Source: Histomonas meleagridis 2922-C6/04-290x
Lineage: Eukaryota; Protista; Parabasalia
DNA length: 64,000 nt
Direction of reading: 5' to 3'
Assembly: GCA_020184695.1 (NCBI GenBank)
Contig: JAANOX010000075.1
Coordinates: forward strand, 176,044-240,043
Within the stretch, counting starts at the first letter, position 1, and the number at the start of each line of letters is the position of its first letter. The notes below the pieces were generated by a model that was not told the DNA's origin, made no database searches, and saw nothing but the letters and a program-made list of their open reading frames with translations. This document shows positions 10,221 to 17,300 of the stretch, one piece after another. Position numbers and translations under genes: made by a program.

Positions 10221-13044
10221 TCATTGTGTTTCAATTAAACCATTTGTTTCATTATACGTATGGAATAATGTAACTACTTCTACGTTACGATTTTCTGTTG
10301 CGAGTGTAAGTGCTGTCTGGATTATTTTAAATAAATTCCAAACATTATTTTGAAATATGGAATTAATGAAACAGATATTATATAATCCAAATAAATATTT
10401 TTAGCATTAATATCAATTCCTTCTTGCTCAAGAAGTAATTTAACTATTTCTGTATGACCATTTAAAGATGCTAAAATAATTGCTGTTTCAAGTAATTTAA
10501 ATAATTTCCAAATATTATTTTGAAATCTTAAATTATCTAAATAAATTTTAAATAAAACAAATAAATATTTTTAGCATTAATATCAATTCCTTCTTGTTTA
10601 AGAAGTAATTTAACTATTTCTGTATGACCTACTTCAGATGCATATATAAGTGCTGTCCAAAATAATTTAAATAATTTCCAAATATTATTTTGAAATATAA
10701 AATCATTAAAATAAATCTTAAATAAAACAAATAAGTATCTTTAGCATTAATATCAATTCCATTTTGTTCAAGAAGTAATTTAACTATTTCTGTATGACCA
10801 TTTAAAGATGCATAAATTAGTGCTGTATAAAATAATTTAAATAATTTCCAAATATTATTTTGAAACTCCATATTATTAGAATAAATTTTAAATCAATCAA
10901 TCAAATATGTTTAATATTTACATTAATTCCTTTATGTCCAAGAAGCAATTTAACTATTTCTATATACCCATTTGTAGATGCAAGAATTAGTGCTGCATTA
11001 AATATTTTAAATAATTTCCAAATATTATTTTGAAACATAAAATTTTTAAAAGAAAAAATATCTTGAATATTTGCATCAATACCTTCTTGTTCAAGAAGTA
11101 ATTTAACTACTTTTACATTGCCAAATGTAGATGCAAGTATTAATGCAGAATCAAATAATTTAAATAATTTCCAAATATTATTTTTGAATTTCAAATTATA
11201 AATATAAATCCATTATAAAAAAAACAAATACTATATTTAACATTGATGTTGTCAATAGCTTTTAGTTTAAGAAGATATTTAACTGTTCCTGCTTTTCCAT
11301 GTGCGGATGCAAGAATAAACAAATCTTTAAAAAATTTAAATAAATTCGAAATAATGAATTAAAATAATAAATATATAGTATGTATATTAAATATAATAAA
11401 AAAATTTTTTTTGATATCGGTATCGATTCCTTCTTGTTCAAGAAGTAGCTTAGTTATTTTTGATTTATCCAAATAAATCCAAAAAGAAAAAAGTAAATAC
11501 CTTTAGCATTAATATCAATTCGTTTTTGTTCAATAATATATTTTATTATATTTATGTAGCCCATATTTGCTGCACATGTAAATGCTAAACAAAATAAAAA
11601 TAATAAATTTCAAATCTGATTATTAAAAATAAAATAATTAATAGAAATAGTAAATAAAACATATAAATTGTTTTTAGATTAACATTCTCTTCTTGCTCTA
11701 TAAAATATTTAACAAATTCTAAGACACCTTTCGAAGCCATATGCCTCAAAATACGAATCTTCAAATATTTTTAAAAACGTAAAAATTTGTTTTAAACCTT
11801 TCAATGATATTAATAAAACTTAATAGAAATTAATTAATACTTTTATTATTTTTAATATTTCGATTATTCATCAAGTAATTAAAAAGTTCTTTATTACCAG
11901 AAAATGTTGAAATAAGAAAAAATTGTATTATTGGATTATTAACACCTCTAAGTAAATATTGGACCATGAATGTATTGCCTGTTTTTATTGTCTTACTAAT
12001 GAATAAATCACTAGCTATAACTCCTTCTTTTTCCAAGTATAAAAAAATTTCATAATTATTATATGAAATACATTCTATTTGTGCTTCATTTAATCCAAGA
12101 ATTATAAGTCAATCTGTCATTTGTTTTGATGTTGGTAATACTAGATCAGTATAATGAACAGCATTTTTATCCAAGCGTTGTAATTTGTTTTCATAAAAAT
12201 ATTTAAAGATATCATTTCGATGAAACATAATTGCTGTTTCATAAGCATCCTCAAATGTTGAATTATTTTGTTCACATAAATGAATAATTTCTTCATTTCC
12301 ACCTGCAACTGCATATTTACCTGCGTTTTTTACTTTTGCTCCATTCACAAATAAATATTTAAAACATTTAATAGATCCAAAAAATGCTGCATAATCAATT
12401 AATGTAACATTTTCTTTGTTAATAAATGAACATCTTTCATAAAATGATGGCTCAATTGTTTGATTAAAATCAAAATTTGTCTGTGATGATATTTCTTGAA
12501 GTTTTTCTATTTCATCATTTCGAATTATTTTCGAAATTTCATTTGGATTATGTCCTTCTTCAATCAACTTTTTATGAAGTTCCCAATCATTCTTTGATAG
12601 TTCTTCATAATTGTCAAAAAAATTTTTATAAGATTCATCGCCTTTGAGATTATCAATTTCTTCATTTGACATATTGTGTATAAAATATGATATTCTTTTG
12701 TTTTCGATTAAATCTGGTGTAATTAGATTATTTGTAATCATTTTTTCTATAAGGTAATTTGATTCTTGTGTATGAACAGTATTTAAAAAATGTATAAAAA
12801 CATCCTTAAAAATATGATACGATAGATTATATATTTCATTTTCTTTTATTTCAAACTTTTTTAAGAATTCAAGACATATTTTATCAAAGCCTCTTGCTAC
12901 AAAATATGAATAGATAAGTGAACAAATAATATGATTAAATGAAAATATGTAGGTTTGAGTAAAATAAACCATAATTGAATTAATTGTATCTTCAATATTA
13001 TCATTATTTAACTTAAAAATTATCTGATCAAGACTATATAACAT
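10221..13044 (-). CDS. DUF3447-type ankyrin repeat protein interrupted by 36 17-nt spacers (locus 1)
   Basis: N-terminal LIDYAAFFGSIKCFKYL / YAVAGGNEEIIHLC. About 10 ankyrin repeats rejoin in frame after spacer removal, down to TGA at 10221-10223. Residual lesions: TGA at 12109-12111 and one extra A in an A-run at 11406. The start may lie at the GTG at 13077. Confidence 0.8.
10317..11838 (-). other. Blocks of [17-nt spacer + 1 codon] units in ankyrin loops
   Basis: 80-nt blocks at 10317-10396, 10487-10566, 10657-10736, 10827-10906, 11150-11229 and 11589-11668; 63 nt at 10997-11059; 81 nt at 11326-11406; single spacer 11482-11498; 77 nt at 11762-11838. Coding segments between them are 75-96 nt, all multiples of 3. 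Confidence 0.9.
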
Positions 13045-13116
13045 TTGAAGATTATCCCATCCTGTATGTTTTGTCACTTTTTATTGAACCAAAATCTTCT
13101 CAATTGAATATAAGCA

Positions 13117-15507
13117 ATGGTCGAGCAGCAAAAAATGGAGCCAAAAGATCTATTCGAAACATTAACAGAATTTTGCAAAGAACAAACAGATGCAAATGAT
13201 GAGGTTCCTCAAAATATTCCAGATCCAAATAAAATTTGGACATCTTTATTTAATGCTGCAAAAATAGATTTAAGACATTTCTATGTTTTTTCTCCTTTAG
13301 CTCGCCAATATATGTTAGCTTCAGAAGAATATGAAGTTGAAAAAACACCAATAATTTCAGAATCAATTTCTATTTTTACAGATTCAAATAAAGAAACAGA
13401 AGCAAGATTGGAATTATTGGCACCAATTATTAACATCCTTCCATTTATTAAAATTAATTTATATCAAAAAATATTCGAATCAATACAAGATTTAATTTCT
13501 ATAGAATTTAAAAGTAAATGTTTCCCTGAAGATATATTAAGCACCACCAATTGTGTCGATTTAGAATTCTTACCTGTTGAAGCACATGACATTTTATTAC
13601 AATTATTAAAAAAGTCAGAAGATGCTTCATCAATGATATTAATATCTCCATTCGTTTCTATCATCACAGAAATAGACAACGAAGCTATACCATTCTTCCT
13701 TAGTGTTATTGTTAAAGGTTTACAAGGAGATAATAATCAAATTACTGCATCACTAGAACTACTTAAATCTATTTCACCATCACTTTATCCTCATGTGAAA
13801 GACAGATCTGTAAATCAATATTTTGGTTCTATTTTCCAATCCATTTTATCATTATTAATTATCGAAGATGAATTTATCTCAACAAAGGCAAATAAAACTC
13901 TTCGTAAACTTATAGAAGGAGTTTATGATAACAACAAATATCTTAATTTAATTATATCTCAATATCCACAATACAAATCAGACAGATTAATATTCTTTTT
14001 TAAACTTCTTGAAAGGTATCTCGATAATACCGAGAACATAACCAACATTCAAGTTATATATGATTTTGCAGTTAGTCTAATTCAGTCAAAAGAATGCTCA
14101 TCCTCAGCCAAAGCGCAGTCCCTCAATCTCCTATCGGCCATCGCATCAATTCAAAGTGACTTCATCGAAGACGTTTATCCAACCGCCCTTAACGTCTCCC
14201 TGTCGATTCTTTCTAACAATGAAAAACTCTATTATACCGAAGCAACAAATTTCTTTTTAACAGTTGTTCAATATCTTCCAAATTCTACACTTGAAACTGT
14301 TAATGAAAAATTACCATTTTTAATTGATACATTAACAGACGATTCAACTGGTAGTAAGAAACAACGAATGGAACGAGCCGAATCAATAGCATCTATTATT
14401 GAGCTATCACCAACAAGTTCAACATTATCAAATAAAATTATTGATTTTACAATATCATCAATCGATACCTTAACACATGAAGATGAAATATTTTATATAT
14501 CCACAATTATATTAGCACTTAAACCACAAATTAATGAAGAGACATCTCTTCTTTTATACAACAAATTAATTTCGTTATCGAAGACGTTTATTAACAGTTC
14601 ACCTCTTAACGTTCTCCTGTATACTTTGTCAGAACTTCAAAAATCGATAACACAAATAAACTCTCCAGAATTTATAATTACAATTCTTAAAGGTGATATT
14701 TCCTATTTTGGAGGATATCCAATTTATACTTATCATGAAGATGACACACGAATTTTTGATTTTATTAACACATTTATCCAACAAAATCCGACGCAAACGA
14801 ATGAAATATTTCATATATTGATTGAATATTTATCATTAATTCGTAGTAACATGTTACCCATTTATTTCAACAGCATCAAGATTGGAATTATTCAACAAAT
14901 TATTAATGAAACAGAAATCGAAAAATTATATAATTTAATTATAGAAATGTTGGACAAGTTTCTTATCTCTGATGAAACAGAAATATGTTCAAGCATTGAT
15001 ATATTAATTGAGATATGTAAACATAAATATTCATTTATTAAAATCGATTCATTACTGTTATTAATGAATCAATTATTAATATCACCGAATGATGAAGAAA
15101 ATATATTAAATTCGATTGCAAATATTATCATTTTTATATTTAAGATTTATTTGATTTATACCGATATTGAAGTTAATGATGAATTAATCGAATCATTGTT
15201 AATTCGATTACCAATTCCTGCCGATGTTGAGAATGCAATGGAAAACATTTTAAAAGTTGTTATTTTGCTTATTAATGATAAACGATTTAAGAAATTCGAA
15301 TTCAAATTTTTGGAACTCATAGTAAACGTTTTGGTGTTGAGTAAGAAGGAATTGGACGAATATAACATGAAGAAAGAATTCGTGGGCGAGATGAAAAATT
15401 TAATAAAAAATAAAATTAAAGAAGATAAAACGTTGGAAAGAAAATTATCAATGAACTTAAGAAGCTCAAGAATCAAACAAAACAGATTTAACGCAATTTT
15501 GAAATAA
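13117..15507 (+). CDS. Large alpha-helical HEAT/ARM-repeat-like protein
   Basis: 796-aa uninterrupted ORF with amphipathic L/I/S-rich helices; no specific family recognised. Confidence 0.7.
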   Translation: MVEQQKMEPKDLFETLTEFCKEQTDANDEVPQNIPDPNKIWTSLFNAAKIDLRHFYVFSPLARQYMLASEEYEVEKTPIISESISIFTDSNKETEARLELLAPIINILPFIKINLYQKIFESIQDLISIEFKSKCFPEDILSTTNCVDLEFLPVEAHDILLQLLKKSEDASSMILISPFVSIITEIDNEAIPFFLSVIVKGLQGDNNQITASLELLKSISPSLYPHVKDRSVNQYFGSIFQSILSLLIIEDEFISTKANKTLRKLIEGVYDNNKYLNLIISQYPQYKSDRLIFFFKLLERYLDNTENITNIQVIYDFAVSLIQSKECSSSAKAQSLNLLSAIASIQSDFIEDVYPTALNVSLSILSNNEKLYYTEATNFFLTVVQYLPNSTLETVNEKLPFLIDTLTDDSTGSKKQRMERAESIASIIELSPTSSTLSNKIIDFTISSIDTLTHEDEIFYISTIILALKPQINEETSLLLYNKLISLSKTFINSSPLNVLLYTLSELQKSITQINSPEFIITILKGDISYFGGYPIYTYHEDDTRIFDFINTFIQQNPTQTNEIFHILIEYLSLIRSNMLPIYFNSIKIGIIQQIINETEIEKLYNLIIEMLDKFLISDETEICSSIDILIEICKHKYSFIKIDSLLLLMNQLLISPNDEENILNSIANIIIFIFKIYLIYTDIEVNDELIESLLIRLPIPADVENAMENILKVVILLINDKRFKKFEFKFLELIVNVLVLSKKELDEYNMKKEFVGEMKNLIKNKIKEDKTLERKLSMNLRSSRIKQNRFNAILK

Positions 15508-15689
15508 ATAAATATAAATTGATCAAATGTTTTAAATAAAAATTTCTTTTGAATTGTTTTTGTGTAAATAAAATGTGAAATATATTTTGCACTTATAATC
15601 AGATACAATGTCAAATAAAAATACTCTTTTATGTATGAGATAGGTTATTAATTGATTCTTTTTTATTAATTTAGAGTTTTCATGGGTAA

Positions 15690-15965
15690 CTTAAGTCTGT
15701 GTCTAACTAAAATATTTAATAATTTTCAAATATTTTTATGAAATAAATCTGTGTTCCAAGGAAAAACAAGAATTATTGAATAAAGGAAATTAAGTTTATC
15801 ACAACAATCTGAAAATTATATCTTAATTTTTGATTTCTTAAGTAAGCCAGAATTATGTATGAAGGTATAAATGCATTAAATTTTATTTAAGGAATGCTTT
15901 TTGATTATGAAATACCAAAATATTTTGATATCTCTCAACTTTAGTTAATTTTAACTATTTCAAAT
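15690..15965 (-). pseudogene. Decayed ankyrin relic retaining one spacer unit
   Basis: Minus strand GAA ATA GTT AAA (EIVK) near 15960; ATTTCATAAAAATATTT (15728-15744, 17 nt) followed by GAA and a spacer-4-like AATTATTAAATATTT. Confidence 0.4.
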
Positions 15966-16112
15966 GAAAGCGAAATAAAAAGATAATCTCGTAATATACA
16001 TACGATAAAATAACTGTTCACATTTTTACAATGTGTTCAAATGATTAAAAAGTCAAAAATATTGAGAATAAAAATGAATGTGCGATAAAAAATGAAGAGA
16101 ATACCATAAGCA

Positions 16113-16124
16113 TCACTTCATTTT
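16113..16124 (+). promoter_or_regulatory. Tandem parabasalid initiator (Inr) TCACTTCATTTT
   Basis: Ends 5 nt upstream of ATG 16130; matches the established trichomonad Inr TCA(C/T)(T/A). Confidence 0.6.
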
Positions 16125-16129
16125 TTAAT

Positions 16130-16864
16130 ATGAAGGTCCTTATTGTCATTGCTCATTGTGATCCAAACAAAAACGCAACAGCATATAGATTTGCTAATGC
16201 AGCTAAAGAAGCTTTGGAAGCTGCAAACAATGAAGTTAAAATAACTGATCTTGTTCATGAAGGTTTCGATCGTACTGCTACAGCTAACGATTTCAAGAAA
16301 CTTGCTGATCCAAATAAGTTTGACTACATCGGGAACCAATTACCTCCTGATAATTTATGTGAAGATATCAGAAAACAGCAAGAACTATTCGGATGGTGTG
16401 ATCACATAGTTGTTATTGCGCCAATGTACTTCTTCCGTTTGCCATCTTGTCTTTATGCATGGTTTGAACGTTGCTTCACAAATGAATTCGCATTTGGTGA
16501 TGGAACAATGGAGAAAGGTCCACTTAAAGGTAAGAAAGCATCACTTATAGTTACAGCAGGTGGTTCATTAGCTCACTTTACAACAAGAGGATATACTCCT
16601 CTTGAATCAATAATGTATTCATCAACATATCAATTCCGTTATTGTGGCATTGACGTAACTCGCACAGTGCTCTATCCTCATGCGAACAAACCTGAGGTCG
16701 TCGAAAAGGAAGGTGAATACCTTGAAAAATTCAAGAAAGCAATCATTAAACTTGATGCATGGCCACTTCTTCCAGTTCTCCATGGGAAGCCTAAAGAAGG
16801 TGAAAAGAATGAGCCAGAAATCTTTTCACAACTCGAACCATTACTTATTGACGAACTTCTTTAA
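16130..16864 (+). CDS. Flavodoxin-like fold NAD(P)H oxidoreductase (flavin reductase / NAD(P)H:quinone dehydrogenase type)
   Basis: KVLIVIAHCDP, CDHIVVIAPMYFFRLPSCLYAWFERCF and GKKASLIVTAGG are Flavodoxin_2-type motifs; resembles trichomonad flavin reductases. Confidence 0.85.
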   Translation: MKVLIVIAHCDPNKNATAYRFANAAKEALEAANNEVKITDLVHEGFDRTATANDFKKLADPNKFDYIGNQLPPDNLCEDIRKQQELFGWCDHIVVIAPMYFFRLPSCLYAWFERCFTNEFAFGDGTMEKGPLKGKKASLIVTAGGSLAHFTTRGYTPLESIMYSSTYQFRYCGIDVTRTVLYPHANKPEVVEKEGEYLEKFKKAIIKLDAWPLLPVLHGKPKEGEKNEPEIFSQLEPLLIDELL

Positions 16865-17300
16865 AATGATATCAAATTCTTCAACTGACTAAATCAAATA
16901 ATAAAAATCCTTTCTAATATTTGGCATAACTTGTTCACTAAACATTTTTGATAAAAGCGAGTTTTAACAGAATTTTATATATATATAAAATATCATCCAT
17001 TTAAAACAGATTTTAATAATAAGCAGTTCAAACTTTTACTTCTTGGTTTACACAATAATAATATTAAAAATTATTTATTATTGGATATGCCAAAAGTATA
17101 GTTTTTCCAAGTATTGTTTTCATATCAATGATTAAATATCTGATAATTATTTCTAGGAAGACTAAAATAAGGATAAAACAGTAACCACAGCTTTATAATG
17201 ATTGAATTTTAATATCAAAGAAATATTTTACAGTGGCAAATTAATATCAGAACAAGAAAAAACTTTAAATTAATATTTATTATAAAATATTTATTATTTC

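Noticed and set aside
10487-10566. -1 ribosomal frameshift model (T TTA AAA slippery site, weak hairpin, insert read as ...FQNNIWKLFKLF)
   Set aside because: Blocks 10827-10906, 27633-27712 and 38776-38855 have stops in both frames, the slippery site is not conserved, and FQNNIW is absent from diverged blocks that still keep 80 nt.
12109-12111. Alternative genetic code (UGA or UAR reassigned)
   Set aside because: Conserved genes in the window terminate normally at TAA, TAG and TGA.
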